Positions 1 to 13,289 of a DNA stretch of 64,000 nucleotides are shown piece after piece. How positions within the stretch are numbered: position 1 is the stretch's first letter; each line of letters opens with the position of its first letter. The notes beneath the pieces were generated by a model. That model had not been told where the DNA came from, did not search any database, and worked only from the letters and a program-made list of their open reading frames with translations. The position numbers were made by a program, and so were the translations under genes. Origin of the DNA: Eledone cirrhosa (taxonomy: Eukaryota); assembly GCA_964016885.1 (NCBI GenBank), contig OZ024741.1, positions 112,840,001 to 112,904,000 on the forward strand, given 5' to 3'.

Positions 1-287
1 AACAATATGGCATAATTATTTCACCTCAATTGGCCCACTCTCTTTAACATTACACCAAAACACATTAAAACAGAAACAGACCCCATAAAATTCAAGAAAT
101 CTTTGGACAAATTCCTTCAAGAAATCCTGGATAAGCCTCCTACACATGGATATGTCTCTGTAAACAATGACTCTCTACTTGAGTGGGCCATGGTGTTTAA
201 ATCCTGATTTGAAAGACTTCGCCAGATTTGAAAGACATGGCCTGGGCCAATACTGGCCCAAATCTATCAAAGTTATCAAAGTTAAGT

Positions 288-288
<1 letters not shown>
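1..288 (+). mobile_element. 3' end of a CR1/L2/Jockey-group LINE (ORF2 C-terminus + 3' UTR), decayed
   Basis: Manual translation gives LFNITPKHIKTETDPIKFKKSLDKFLQEILDKPPTHGYVSVNNDSLLEW, matching the typical CR1-group ORF2 terminus (LFN.LP..I....FK..LDKFL..IPD.P). Ends in a short (ATCAAAGTT)2 tail followed by (TA)n. Confidence 0.7.
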
Positions 289-319
<31 letters not shown>

Positions 320-1308
320 TTGAGATTGACATTCATCACTTATGCCCACATCTTCCTTGGTCTTCTTCTGTAGCTTCCTTTCAGTTGAAATTCCTGGCAT
401 TTCTTCATCCAACAATTATCCATGTGAATCATATGTCTGTAACAGCATAGCCAGCACACAATCCACAAATTAATTTCTAAAAAAGACACAAGGTCTCAAA
501 TTTGAGAGAGGAATATTTTCAGTCTTAGTATTATATCAGTCTTCAATACTTGATTGGTATTTTATTTTATTACTCCTTGGAAGTATGATTCACAAATTTA
601 ATTTCAGCAGGATTTGAGCCCAGAATACAAATAACAATAACTAAATACTGTGAGATGTTTTCTGTGATGTTCCATAGAATACACCAACCACCACACACTA
701 CTAAATCTTCTATCACATGAAGTGCAATTCATAACATGAAAAATTAAAAAAATTAAAATAACAGGTAAACAAACTGTTATTTGCAAATTGTGATAACTGT
801 ATCAAATTGCTAGCTACTAACAACACCTTTCAACCAACATCAATGTTCATTCTGATCTAATTTATTTATTGATTTCTCACTTCTCTTTTGATCTATATTT
901 TTTTATATATATATATTTTATTTTATTTATTTTTTTTAGCTGCTATACAGTTAGAATATATTGTCCATTTTTCCTTAATGTACTTAACGTCAGTTATTAT
1001 TTCTGAGTTGCACTTTAATGGCAAAAGTTAGAATAAAACAGAAACAAAAAACTAAAAAAAATCCAATATTTGAAAGCAAAGACCAATCAGTTACTAATAT
1101 GTACTGTGTGTTTGTATTTTTAGTCATTCTCTGTATGATTTTGTAAATATATTTTTATATTTATAAACTTGTACGAACAAATTTATCTGAATTTGTCTGT
1201 CTTTCTCTCAGCATATACATACACCACATCTTCTTATGCTCTTTTTAGTGGTTTCAGTTATTAGACTGCGACCATGATGGGACATCTACTTGAAATGTTG
1301 TAGTCAAT

Positions 1309-1499
1309 AATTGTCTCTACTTTTGGCACAAGGCCAGCAATTATCCCAGTGCATTACTGGTACTTTATTTTATCGACCCCGAAAGGATGAAAGGCAAAGT
1401 TAACCTCGGCGGGATTTGAACTCAGACCATAAAGGGCTGTAACTTTATACTGCTAAGTATGCCGTCTTATCCTTTATCGATACTACTAACCCACCGCCC
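1309..1499 (-). mobile_element. tRNA-derived SINE (main family), near full length
   Basis: Minus strand has B-box GAGTTCAAATCC, body CTTTGCCTTTCATCCTT..GGGGTCGATAAAATAAAGTACCAG and 3' end GGCCTTGTGCC..AAGTAGA.ACAATT. TSD aatg(t/g)tgtagtcaataat on both sides. Confidence 0.9.
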
Positions 1500-2217
1500 T
1501 AATGGTGTAGTCAATAATATCAATATATTTTCAGGTTTGATGCTTATTTCATCAATCTCCCTTTGTTTAACTGCTAAGTTACAGGGCATAAACACAAACA
1601 CAGACATGCACACACACAGATATATACATATATATGTGTGTGTATATATCTATGAATATATACCTATATGTATGTGTATATATATATCTATACCTATATG
1701 TATATATGTATACATATTCACACACATCTTTCACTACATAAACTTATATTTATGCACACGCATACAAACATTCATGCACACGCATACAAACATTCATGCA
1801 TACACATGTATATATATCATGCATATATCATACATTTCACAACGTGCAAGTTTGAAATTTTAACGTCTTTTCATTTCATTTGACTTAAATCTGCTTCCAT
1901 ACAAGCAGGTTTATCCAATCGATTTTTAAGTCTCTCCATTGATAATGGGTTTTTAAACCCCAAAATATTTGGGATCGTTAAATTTGGTAAGGTAAGATTC
2001 TTTTGTTATCTTGGCAATTTAACATTCTTCATACACATTGTGTTTGGTCTTCAAAATTTAAATTTGTGTTTCCTATTAAACAATGCTTCAAGCAAGCTAC
2101 AAAAGTCTGTTATATATATATATAGTGTTCAGAAGAGATTGTTTTGGTAAAAACAGGAGTAAGCAGGAGAAAGCTCTCAACAATCGTAGTTTTTAGTTAT
2201 GATGGAGATTTTTATAA

Positions 2218-2542
2218 AAATAACAAAATAAGATGCTGAGGTTACATATATCGTTTAATCATTATAATTATTTCCACAGTTCTCCATGCAATCGAGATGT
2301 CCTTTGTGCATTTGTTGTTGTTAGGAGAATGGTATCCTCAGATGATATCAGATATGATATCTTGTATGCCCAGTAGACATGTCTGTTGGGCACACAAGCA
2401 ATAGGACATGTGTTTTTTCCTGCCTATACCATTCTCATAACAAACCAAATGCATGAAGCACATCTCGATTGCATGGAGAACCATGGAAATAATTATAATG
2501 ATTAAATGATATATGTAACCTCAGCATCTTATTTTGTTATTT
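2218..2542. mobile_element. MITE-like fold-back element (~115-bp imperfect TIRs, internal hairpin)
   Basis: 2218-2335 is the reverse complement of ~2426-2542 with several mismatches. Internal hairpin cttgtatgcccagtagacatgtctgttgggcacacaag (2361-2398). TA-rich flanks. Confidence 0.7.
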
Positions 2543-2811
2543 ATATATATATATATGTGTGTATGTATGTATGCTATAAATACACAAAACTACATTTTCT
2601 TTACTTCCTTTCACTTTTTGTTTCATGAGACTCTCATGCTGTAAAAATCCAATACTTTTTCCTCGACATCACATAAATTCTATGTATACATGTTACAACT
2701 TAACTGCTATAAATTATTGTTTTGTCTCATCTCTTACTCCATGGACAGCATTTTGGTTTGTGTTAGACACCGTGACCCAGGTTGGAACAGCAGTACCATT
2801 GGTAGTGGTCG

Positions 2812-3233
2812 AAACTGTTCCAGTTCTATAAAAGCCATTTCTATATTAAATCTTGTAAATACATACTATGCATCGAGTACCTTACATACTGTGGTCAACC
2901 CCAATTGAATCTAGGACTCACACACACACACATACACACACACACACACACGCATATATATATATATAATTTAAAGGGAAACCTTAACAAATTATTTTTT
3001 GAAAATAAAAATGCAAACAAAAGACACAGAACTCAAGGGTTTTCAAAAAATAATTTGTTAAGGTTTCCCTTTAAATTATATATATATATATGCGTGTGTG
3101 TGTGTATGTGTGTGTATGTGTGTGTGAGTCCTAGATTCAATTGGGGTTGACCACAGTATGTAAGGTACTCGATGCATAGTATGTATTTACAAGATTTAAT
3201 ATAGAAATGGCTTTTATAGAACTGGAACTGTTT
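2812..3233. repeat. Near-perfect inverted duplication (194-bp arms, 34-bp spacer)
   Basis: 2812-3005 is the reverse complement of 3040-3233, including the (CA)n/(TA)n tracts. Confidence 0.95.
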
Positions 3234-3965
3234 TATAATGTAGAGGATTTGGTCCTTATATCTGAATCCAAAAGAACTTGAAAATGAGTTCTGTTTATGG
3301 AAATGGATTTTGGAATCAAAGGGTCTGAGAGTAAACTTAGCCAAAATTAAAGTGCTAGTGAGTAGGAAAAATATAGGACCCTGATCCCTTCAGGAAAGTG
3401 GTCTTGCTCAATATATAGAAAAGGAGTAAGCATAAACTCCATACAAGATACACAATGTAAATCAAGAGATGTAGTTGGATTACGGGTAGACTAACAGGAA
3501 AAAAAGACTTTATAGGTAGAAAATGCATAGGAGTAATCGAGGGAAAGAACAGCAGTCACAGGAAATATCCATAGAAGTGGTTGATAAATTTTGTTATCTA
3601 GGTGACATAATTAGCAGTGGATGGGGGTGCTCTGAGAGCATAATAGCTAGAATAAGTATAGGATGGAAGAAGTTTAGAGAGCTACTCCCACTGTTGACAA
3701 CAAAAGGATTCTCCCTACATATAAAAGGACATCTGTATGACACCTATGTGTGAAGTGCAATGCTACATGGTAGTGAAACATTGGCTGTGACTGCAGAAGA
3801 CATGCATAGACTGGAGAGAAATGAAGTAGCATGCTTTGTTGAATGTGCAATGTAAATATGAGAGAACGGCTGAATTTGGATGAACTGAGGAAAAAGCTGT
3901 GTTTAAGAAGAATTTGTGGTGTGTAGGAAAGATGTCTGCATTGGTATGGGCATGTGATGGACATG
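3223..3965 (+). mobile_element. Old RTE-clade LINE RT fragment (pseudogenised)
   Basis: ORF 3523-3753 (IEVVDKFCYLGDIIS...GWKKFRELLPLLTTKGFSL) is homologous to the younger RTE copies. Decayed ELLYADDL equivalent near 3225. Confidence 0.85.
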
Positions 3966-3969
3966 GATC

Positions 3970-4575
3970 TTTTCCATGTTTGTGTGGGTCAGACAGGTCC
4001 TTTTCAGCATGGCATCTCTCCACACGTTGTGATCCTTTGTCATTGCCTGTGTGAGTTTCAGTGATTTGATGTCAGCTTATACCACATTTGCCTAGTATTT
4101 TGTTGGTCTACCTCTATTGTGACATCCTTCCACTGACATTTCCCGACACTTCTTCACCCAATGATCATTGTCCATGTGTATCACATGTCCAAACTAATGC
4201 AGTCTTCTCTACTGCAAACTAACTCGAATTCCTTTTGAACTTAGCTTCTCCTTCAACTCATCTAAGCTATGCTTCTCTCTCACCATACAGCAAAACACAT
4301 CACACACAGGCATCATACAGTCATCCTTTTGTTGTCAGCAGTGAGAGTAGCTCTCTGAACCTTTTCAATCCTATCATTATTTTAACTATTATGCTCTCAG
4401 AGCAGCCCCTCTATTGCTACTTATGTTGCCTAGATGGCAGAAGCTATCAATCACTTCTATGGGTCCTTCCTGTTGCTAGAATAGGCTTACATTATTGGTC
4501 ATCTTCTCCTTTGTTACTCCTGTGCATCCTCTATAAACAAAGTCTTCCTTTCCTGTTAGCTTACACGTTATCCTG
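3970..4575 (-). mobile_element. Old RTE-clade LINE 3' fragment, tail-to-tail with previous
   Basis: Minus strand resembles the RTE C-terminus (LH.FGHVIHMDNDHWVKKC...GRPTK). Ends at a (TA)n tract. Confidence 0.7.
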
Positions 4576-4737
4576 TATATATATATATAACAAATAGTTT
4601 TTATTGCTTTACGTGGCTGAATACAAGAAATGTAAAACTGAGTTTTTTTAATATTAATAATAATATTCAATTCATTTACATTTATGCAAACAGCCTCTTA
4701 AGCCATGTCAGTAGAATGGTCCCATCATATAAACAGA

Positions 4738-4784
4738 ACGGCAACGAACACTGTTTCTGGGTTATTACACTTCATCAGTACCGT
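4738..4784 (-). ncRNA. Candidate (degenerate) type-I hammerhead ribozyme
   Basis: Minus strand: acggt-a-CUGAUGA-a-gugu(aaua)accc-a-GAAA-c(agtgttc)g-UU-gccgt. Stem I acggt/gccgt, weak stem II. Confidence 0.45.
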
Positions 4785-5029
4785 ATACTGACATAGCTTA
4801 CTGACTTGGCTTAAGAAGCTGTTTGCATGACTGCAAACAAATCGAATATTATTATTAATATTCGAAAAACTCAGATTTACATTTCTTATATATATATATA
4901 TATATATATACATTACATACACCATGGATTTCTGCTTTTTCTGTCCATGAAATTTCCTTCACAGTGCATTGGTCAAGCTGGGGTCATATAATAAGACACT
5001 TGTGTGTGTGTGCTAGATTTCTATCATTA

Positions 5030-5270
5030 ATGATGGTGAGTTTTTTAGTTGTTTGGTGAACAGCACAACCTGCTCATGAAATTAACATAAATGTGGACGA
5101 GTATTCCAGAGACATATATACTCAGCCTAGTTCTCAAAGAGATTCAGTGTAACCCAGTTGTATGACATGGCTGGCCTTTTAAACTATATGTACAATCCTT
5201 TTTTATAGCTGTATAAATTTGAGCAAGGTAAAGTTGAAGAAAATGTTTTGCTGAAGGATCCAACATTCCA
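5030..5270 (-). mobile_element. Decayed second SINE family (tail homologous to 52480-52660 and 29880-30420)
   Basis: acctgctcatgaaattaacat...gagtattccagagaca is the reverse complement of the ctcagccacttgcacactaatttcacaagcagg motif seen at 30346-30380 and 52570-52605. Confidence 0.55.
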
Positions 5271-5792
5271 ATAGAAATCAAAGCATGTTTATAAATGCAA
5301 GAAACTGTATGCCATACTTACAGAGTTTATTTCTTTGTTTGGAGCTGATGATTCGCTTTAGTGCTACACTGTTTTGTGCAACAATATGTGTGGATATGTA
5401 GGTGAGAGAGAAACTGCATACTATATGCAATCTGAAGACGCTTGAATATGTGTCTGAGTTATACATGTATTATGAAGGCCAAGAATATGGATGCTTCTTG
5501 TGAATCTGAAGTGAGATTTATGTTAACATATTCTCCTTCTCAATCCTTATTTTTCATAGGAAGGCAAAGAAAATATATGGATTTTTCATTCTTTGTTGCA
5601 GTAAATTATATATGAATAGGAAATAATATACATTTTCAGCCTGCTTTGCATTGAATTCATAATGTAATTCTAATAATAAATTCGCCTCTACTACCTTTAG
5701 AGTGTGTGTATATGCATAAGTGTGTATGCAAATATAAACATATGTATATTAGTAATATAAACATACATACACACATACACATACATAAATTC

Positions 5793-5827
<35 letters not shown>

Positions 5828-6130
5828 CACACATATATATATATACACTCGCATATGTACACACACACATGCCTTTATATTATCATCCTCATATTTCTCT
5901 GGAAGCATTGCAATTGGAAACATCTACTCAAACATTTGTGCACGTTTCTTATATTTATGTTATTAAGGTAACCAAAAACTATCTTGCTGAACAACATAGT
6001 TATGTTTATTATTTGTCAAACAGATTATTATACGAATAGATAATACAGAATTTATTATACCTCCCAACTGTTTTTCATTTTGATTTTTATCTTTGTTCTT
6101 GTGTTCTTTTTTAACACATACCATCATCAC

Positions 6131-6220
6131 CTTCTTCTTCTTCTTCTTCTTCTTCTTCTTCTTCTTCTTCTTCTTCTTCTTCTTCTTCTTCTTCTTCTTC
6201 TTCTTCTTCTTCTTCTTCTT
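6131..6220 (+). repeat. (CTT)30 microsatellite
   Basis: Perfect trinucleotide run. Source of the poly-K/L/F pseudo-ORFs. Confidence 0.98.
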
Positions 6221-6815
6221 CTCCATCATGGAGCATTGGGCAATGAGAGATTTCTATTCTGCATCATTGCAAGCATTATAATGGTTCTGCTCCCAGGCTA
6301 AGTACCATCTGCTCATTGTTTCTGTAGCAATTTTGATTAATAGAGGTAAGGTTATTAACATTACACTTCATCCTCCCTTCTCATCACAGGCTAAAAACTA
6401 ACCCACGATTTAGAAGTAATTGGGGCCGTCTGTAACCCTGGAGAGGGGCCCATTTCAAGTAATGTTAGCCAGAATCAGCTGAGTCCAATATTGAATTAAT
6501 TTTCTTTAAATTGTTTAACATACTTCTGGAAGTAGTTTCATATTAAATTCCTTCTTTTGAAATTACATGTGCCCACTCACATACACTCACCATTTTACCT
6601 CCTTTGAATTACAGGTGCACATATGCTCCCCACACATACCATATTATGATTATGTACTATCCAATTTCCATTCCATTCCATGGGCTCTAAACTTCTGATA
6701 AGTGTGCCATCATGACATATGGCATGTCTCGGCCATTTAAACTTGCTGGAGTCCATACCTCTTCTTGTCTGAATACAGTTGATTTCTTCCATAGAAAGAG
6801 AGAGAGGGGGGAGAA

Positions 6816-6975
6816 AGAGGAAAAATTGACCCCAGTACTGGATTCCTATTTGCTTTATCAAACTTGAAAAGTTGGAAGACAAAGTTGACTTGGTGAGATT
6901 TGAACTCAAAGAGCCAGATAGATATTGCAAAGCTTTCCATTTGATATTCTTATGATTCTGCCAATTCACCACCCA
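6816..6975 (-). mobile_element. Decayed SINE (main family)
   Basis: gaccccagtactgg...aaagttgacttggtgagatttgaactca...ctgccaattcacc. Confidence 0.7.
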
Positions 6976-7489
6976 CAATACAATTGAGTTTTGACTGCAT
7001 ATATACATGGCTGCATATGGTGTATATATACAATATTTTTCTTTCATTAACCCTACCCAATTACAACAACCAAATACAATAAACCTAAACAAACTTCATA
7101 ATGCAGTTACTCAGCAACAAAAACATGGCTGTTAACACAATAATATAATGACCACTATGGGCAAAATCATCCATCAAATGCTTAATGCATGATTTCTAGG
7201 ATATACTTGCAGAAAATAAGGGATGAACAGAAATAACAAAGCTAAAAATTAAATATAGCTATGTTCCTTCATTTTGTACGTGCTGAGAGAAAATGAACTT
7301 TTATCAGTCTGGGTGACACAAGTTTTACAAAGACTGTGAATATAGCTTGAATATAGCCAGCATAGATAATAGTTTTGCATAAATGTTTCATAGTCACTGC
7401 TGTAAAATAATTGTTAAATGTATGGTCCAATATGGAATGTCCATGAGTGGCATGTGTATTATGGAACTAAAATAAACAGTAGATAATCA

Positions 7490-7830
7490 CCATCAACATC
7501 ATCATCACTGTTTTACATTTGTTTTACCATGTTTGCATGGGTTAGATGTCTCCTTTCCTGCACAGCATTTCTCCTTTCATCTCAGTCCTTCATCAATCTG
7601 GCTGTCAGCTTCAGTGATCTTAGTTTCCTTCTTCTCTACACCTCACATAACCATACCAGCACAGTTTTCTCTACTGTACACTACATCTGCACATTCCTCT
7701 TATAGCCATCTTTTCTCTTAGCTCATATATGCTTTTCTTTTATGTATATTAATATTATACATCCATCAAAGCATGCTTGCTTCATTTCTCTCCCATTTTT
7801 GCATATCTACTGTGTTCACCACCATGCAAA
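7490..7830 (-). mobile_element. Decayed RTE 3' fragment
   Basis: (CAT)n tail, catgtttgcatgggttaga terminal motif, then decayed RNEASML..M.NI coding remnant. Confidence 0.6.
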
Positions 7831-7912
7831 AATCACACATCATGCACAAGCATAATATATAAGAAATAAGAAGATACCATGTTTTTAAATACAGATAACA
7901 GGCAAATCATTA

Positions 7913-8333
7913 TTAATCCTTTTGATACCAACCTGGTTCTATGAAACAAAACCACTCATTTTAAAGGTTTCCAACTTAAATAAAAAAAATCTTCCAATAA
8001 AATTTTATTTAAAGTCCCTATATTATGGTACAATCTCAATAATGAAATTATTAATGATTTTAGTAAATCTCTTAAAAGTATTCATTAATTGAAATAGCAA
8101 GGCGGTGGAGTGGCAGTATCGGTAGAGGGTCAGACGCCATGCTTTCCAGCATAGTTATGTCCCTTTACGATCTGAGTTCAAATCCCGCCGAGGTTGACTT
8201 TGCCTTTCATCCTTACGGGGTCAATAAAATAAAGTACCAGTAATGCACTGGGTAATTGCTGGCCTTGTGCCTAAAGTAGAAACAATTAATTGAAATAGCA
8301 TGTATTTTATTCAAAAGACTCATGAAAGGGTTA
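7913..8333. mobile_element. AT-rich piggyBac-like non-autonomous element carrying a SINE insertion
   Basis: Termini ttaa-tcctttt ... aaaggg-ttaa (TTAA site, CCC-type TIR). Related copies begin at ~9560, ~10438, ~12090 and ~57575, and on minus at ~17370-17588. Confidence 0.55.
8101..8287 (+). mobile_element. tRNA-derived SINE (main family), full length, young
   Basis: A-box-like GGCGGTGGAGTGGCAGTATCGG and B-box GAGTTCAAATCC. TSD aattgaaatagca on both sides. Confidence 0.95.
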
Positions 8334-8944
8334 AAAATCGGTTACAGAATTAAAAATGGGAGTAGGGAAAACTCTAAATTTGTGCCAGCATGGAAAAGTA
8401 ACCGTAAAATTCTGATGATGATTACATACAAATTGACTTGATGTTATTTTGTTCATCTTTTATTAATTTTTTTATTCTTGCAATATCTTGTATTTTGGTT
8501 ATATCATTATCTGAATGATTTCTATTCATGTCACACTGTCATAGTAGGTTGTCAACCAATCAGCACAATAGTGTGGTTTTGTCACTTTTTATTTGTCATT
8601 AATAAAACTATCTATTCTCCCTTTAATGATATTTCCTAAACCAAAAATAAAAAATAAAAACATAGAAAATAAAAAATAAAAACAAAGCCACAAAGAAACA
8701 CTGTCTCTTGTATATTTAGATAAGCGATTACAAAGTGGTATAGACATTAAAAAATGTATTGAAATATTTATTTTTTTTCAATTAGTTTGTACAAGATTGT
8801 ATTTACATGGAGTGTCATTGTTTGTTTCTGGGTACTGTAAAAGAAATGACTGAGAATATCTACCTTACCATCAACAAAACACAACTAGCATTTTAAAATA
8901 TCCTTTCTTCTAATGTCTAGTTTTAAAAAATCAATCTCAATAAC

Positions 8945-9476
8945 TTTGCAAGATAATTTCTTCACACCTCTGTCTCATGATATTAATAAATATTTCAGCT
9001 AGGATTTCCGGGTTATACTTATCTCTTAGATAAGGTTTCATATTCTATTAACTTATAATTTTAATGGGATTATTATCACCGTCATCCTTTGACATCTGGT
9101 CTTTCTATGCTGACTTGGGTTGGATAGTTTATGGAATTTCTTTGTGCAGGTCAGTCTACCAATGATTTAAAGTGAGAATTGAGACACAGTTAAACATTCA
9201 AAGCTTACAAAAAAGTTTAAATGACTAGGAAAAAATAACCAGGGATGCCTGTTGCTGGAAAAAACAACCAGTAAGATGCATACTAACAGAACTAATGTAG
9301 TGAGCCAAGAAATTTCAATTATCGTTTATCCTCATATATGAATCACATCTTTTTTCATGAAATCTTTGCAAGATAATTTCTTCACACCTTTGTCTCATGA
9401 GGCTAATAAATATTTCAGTTAGGATTCTCAGTTTACAGTTATCTTTCAGATACGGTTCCATATTTTATTAACTTAC
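8945..9476 (+). repeat. Diverged ~110-bp direct repeat pair
   Basis: 8945-9056 vs 9364-9475 (ctttgcaagataatttcttcacacct...tattaactta). Confidence 0.85.
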
Positions 9477-9677
9477 TTTTTTTTATATGTTAATAGGATA
9501 TTTTTCAAAATTTCTTTATGTTTTTATTAACCAGGCAGGTCAATCTATCAATAAAGAGTTTACCCTTTTGACACTAACCCACACAAGACTACCTATTTTT
9601 AAGTGTTTATATTTAATTTAAAGCCTTCTATCATAATTTTAAGTAGGAATGTTTTGTTATTTTCCAAACACCAGTTC

Positions 9678-9882
9678 AATAATTGTTTCTAACATAAATA
9701 CAAGGCCAGCAATGTTTAGCATAGGCACAAGGCCAGAGGATATATCCAATTAAATGGACCTCAGAAGGATGAAAAGCAGAATTGAATTCTGTAGGATTTG
9801 AACTCAGAGCATAAAAGGCTGTAACTAAAATTGCTACAAAGCATTTTGCTCTATTGCCTGATGATTTTAACAATCTCTTGCC
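9678..9882 (-). mobile_element. Older SINE (main family) inserted in a piggyBac-like MITE
   Basis: aattgtttcta...caaggccagcaat...ggatgaaaagc...ggatttgaactcaga. Confidence 0.75.
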
Positions 9883-11364
9883 CTCAAAAACATCCATTCT
9901 ATAATGACAAAAGTTAGTTATTTTATCTAAATCCCTTGAAATTCATGGCTATTTTCAAAATGATTTGGAAATCATAGGAAGTCTCTTTCATAGAAAATAT
10001 AGTAAGAATAGCATTAAACTGGAAACTATAACTCGATGAAGATTCAATGCTTCAAAAAGAAGTGACTGCTGCAAAATATCCATGGTCATCTGTTGCTTGA
10101 AAACCAGTCAGTGAAATATGCTATAACATAAGTAAGATTCAATGTCCTGTATCACATAAAACCACACAAGCGAGGCATTCTTGAAATGTACAAAACAGCT
10201 CTCTAACTGCATTGCATTGACAATTGAAATCTTTATTCTAATAGTATAAATTCTCGAAGCTATCTGCCCACAAGCAAAGATATTACAAACATTTAGTATC
10301 AAAAGATGTAAGTTTATGTTTTCTTATTCACTAATAGCTGTAACTTTCCATTGATTAACATTTTTGTGGTGGAAGCCACTCATTGTATTGAGTATATTAT
10401 TACTGACTTTTTAATAAATGTTATATGCTGTATGGTACAATCCTTTTGCTACCAACTTGCCAAAAAATCACCTTTTAGTTCTATGAAGCAAAATCATCCA
10501 TTTTAAAGGATACCTATTAAAGTTAAAACCTCCCAATATATATATATAGTTAATATATATATGTTAAGTTACAAATACCTCTTAATGAAGTAACTAATAA
10601 TTTTTATAAATCCTTCCATATGGTAACAAAAGGGAAATTGTATATGGCGTTCTATTCTTTTATTTTATTTACAGTAACACCATATTCTGCTACAGAATAT
10701 TAATAAGGTGTGTATATACCTTTGATTCCTACGTAAATAATCCACAGGGTTTTTCTTGTTCTTTAGTGCAATTTATTGCTTCAAAACCAGTTCTATATTA
10801 GTCACACATCTTAGATAGAAAAATACACTCTCTTTGTAAAGGTGGTCTTATATTTCTTTTCCAGTTTCTTTGCTTTTAAAACGTTGTTGTTGTCCATTTT
10901 TCTATGAAAAGATATCCTCAAGCAACTTCTGTTTGATTAGTTATAATGTTTGGTTTCTCTAACGTTAAGATAGATTTATTGTGTTTATTTTATTTTATCA
11001 TATCGTAGAAGATGAGGAAGAAAGCTATGTTGTAATACTATCCCAACATTTAAAGAAAATAAGACAGTAATTTATTTTTCCTTCTGCCAGCACGGCAGAA
11101 ATTCTCAACACTACAGCGATGGGTTGAGGAGAAGGAAGGTAATGCAAATCATTTTGAGTAGACTGTACATTCTTCAAAATAATAGTAATAATTTCAACAT
11201 GAACAGCAATACTTGCATGAACAATAAGGATAATACTAATAACAAACATGCTAACCCTTCTGTTACCATATTTCTGATGAAAGACACTGCCAATGATTTC
11301 CAAATAAGTTTGGAAATTTTGCACTCTAACAATTCTACCAATTCACCACCATCTAATATTAAAT

Positions 11365-11544
11365 AATTGTTTCTACTTTTGGCACAAGGCCAGCAATTAC
11401 CCAGTACATTACTGGTACTTTATTTTATCGACCCCGTAAGGATGAAAGGCAAAGTGAACATCGGCGGAATTTGAACTCAGACCGTAAAGGGACGCAACTA
11501 TGCTGGAAAGTATGGCGTCCGACTCTCTACCGATACTGCCAATC
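11365..11544 (-). mobile_element. tRNA-derived SINE, young
   Basis: Main-family sequence with 18-bp TSD catctaatattaaataat (11350-11367 / 11544-11561). Confidence 0.95.
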
Positions 11545-11776
11545 ATCTAATATTAAATAATGATTTCTAACACTCATTGAATTAATTACCATTTTTAACA
11601 GCGATTGATAACAGCACTAATGATAATGGGTAGGAGTTTTCTGAAAATCATTTCCCATTACACAATTGTAGAATGTTTGCGTGTGTAAAGTTGTGAGCTC
11701 TAGCGTGGTACGTTTTCTTGTGCCTTATCTTGTTTTATTTTAAACCAGAACACCAATTATTATTATTACTGATTTT

Positions 11777-11980
11777 GAGGTGTTAGTTTGGCAGAATTAT
11801 TAGAACCTTGAAAAAAATGCTCTTTACATTCTCAGTTCAAATCCCATCAAGGTCACTTTGCCTTTCTTCCTTCCAGGATCGATAAAAATAATGTACCTGT
11901 TAAGCACTGGGGTCAGTATAATCGAATTTCCTTTTTCCCATAATTGCTGGCCTTGTGCCAATGTTAGAAAGAATTATTAT
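11777..11980 (+). mobile_element. Older SINE (long variant)
   Basis: ttggcagaatt...cagttcaaatccc...ggccttgtgcc...attatt. Confidence 0.75.
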
Positions 11981-12317
11981 AACTGATATTTCTTTTTATA
12001 TTTCACATATAGCTTATTTCTGTTTAGTGGTCTTTGTACGTTGATGGCTTTTTTCTATTTTCCTTTGAACATGTATTGGTTGGGAGTGATTAACCATTTT
12101 GATATCAAACTGACTTAAACTGCTCCTGATTCTATGATAAAAGACTATTTATTTTGAATTGTTTATATTTATCTAAAACATTCTATCGTAATTTTATGCT
12201 CCAAGTACCATTTTAATAATTACAAAAGATTTTTTTAATAGGAAATCCCTCTGAAATTCTTGGTTATTTTCAAAATTATCTAAAAATTCATAAGCAAAGT
12301 CTTTTAATAGCAATATA

Positions 12318-12426
12318 ATAATTGTTTCTACCTTAGGCACAAGGCCAGCAATTACCCAGTGCATTACTGGTACTTTATTTTATCTACCCCGTAAGGATGA
12401 AAGGCAAAGTCAACCTCGGCGGGATT
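12318..12426 (-). mobile_element. 5'-truncated SINE
   Basis: 3' half of the main family, flanked by aatataataat. Confidence 0.85.
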
Positions 12427-13289
12427 ATATAATAATGAAAGGGTTAGATTAAAATACATTGATGTTTGCTTTCTGTCTTTTAAATGCATTGTATTTAAGC
12501 AGTATTCTTTGATTATCTTATTAATCTGGATAGGCACATGTGTCCCAGCCATCACTGTCACATAGAAGAATTTGAGCATGTTTGTACCATATATTTCAGT
12601 CTTGAATATTACCCAATATTTTCTGCTTTTGTTAGACCTGAGGCATTGAATTAAACCTCTTGTTTTATTATTATATTTTAGTAGTTTTATATTGCTTAGC
12701 ATTGATCTTGTCTGGTTAAAATCTAACCTTCTTTTTCTGTGTCTTAGTCTACAGCTTTTGAACCATTATTAGCTTTCATAATAGATCACTTCATCTCTTT
12801 AGTCTTGCAGGATAATCGGACTATAAAGAGGATTTTTTTTATTCATTCTTTTTTATTAGCTTATTTTTGTTTCCTCATTTTTTTAATTCATTTTTTTTAC
12901 TTTTCCAATTGTTTTACCTTTAACAATGTCTTTGTTGTTTTGTTGTTAGTGTATTATGATTTAGTCTGTATCTTTATGTTCCCTGTTATATATAGAGAGA
13001 AAATATTTTCATAATAAATTACTTGGTCATATTTTATAACTTTGACACATTTGTCAAATCAAAAATACATTTCAAAATTACTGCTGAATTCATGTATTGC
13101 TGGCTGGTTGTTGTCTCTCCTTTATTTTTTTTTAACCATTAAGGTATGATATATAGTTAGTCTTCAACATTTGCAACAATTGATGGTTTGATTTAGTAAA
13201 TATAGTAGTCAGAGCTAGAAAACAGAGCAAACAGGACAACATTTCTTTTCTTTTCTTATTGAGATAAAGCTACATTTTATAACCTTTTC

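Noticed and set aside
5345-5437. Hammerhead-like ctgatga...gaaactgcata(cta)tatgcaatc
   Set aside because: Good stem III but no stem I pairing. Kept only as a possible relic, not called as a feature.
5963-6301. Poly-K / poly-L / poly-F ORFs
   Set aside because: Reading frames of the (CTT)30 repeat.
8101-8190. tRNA gene
   Set aside because: A/B boxes belong to a SINE head. No cloverleaf, and it continues into the SINE body with a TSD.
11009-11366. Possible exon (EDEEESYVVILSQ...) and N-rich ORF 11124
   Set aside because: Short, low-complexity and no recognisable domain.
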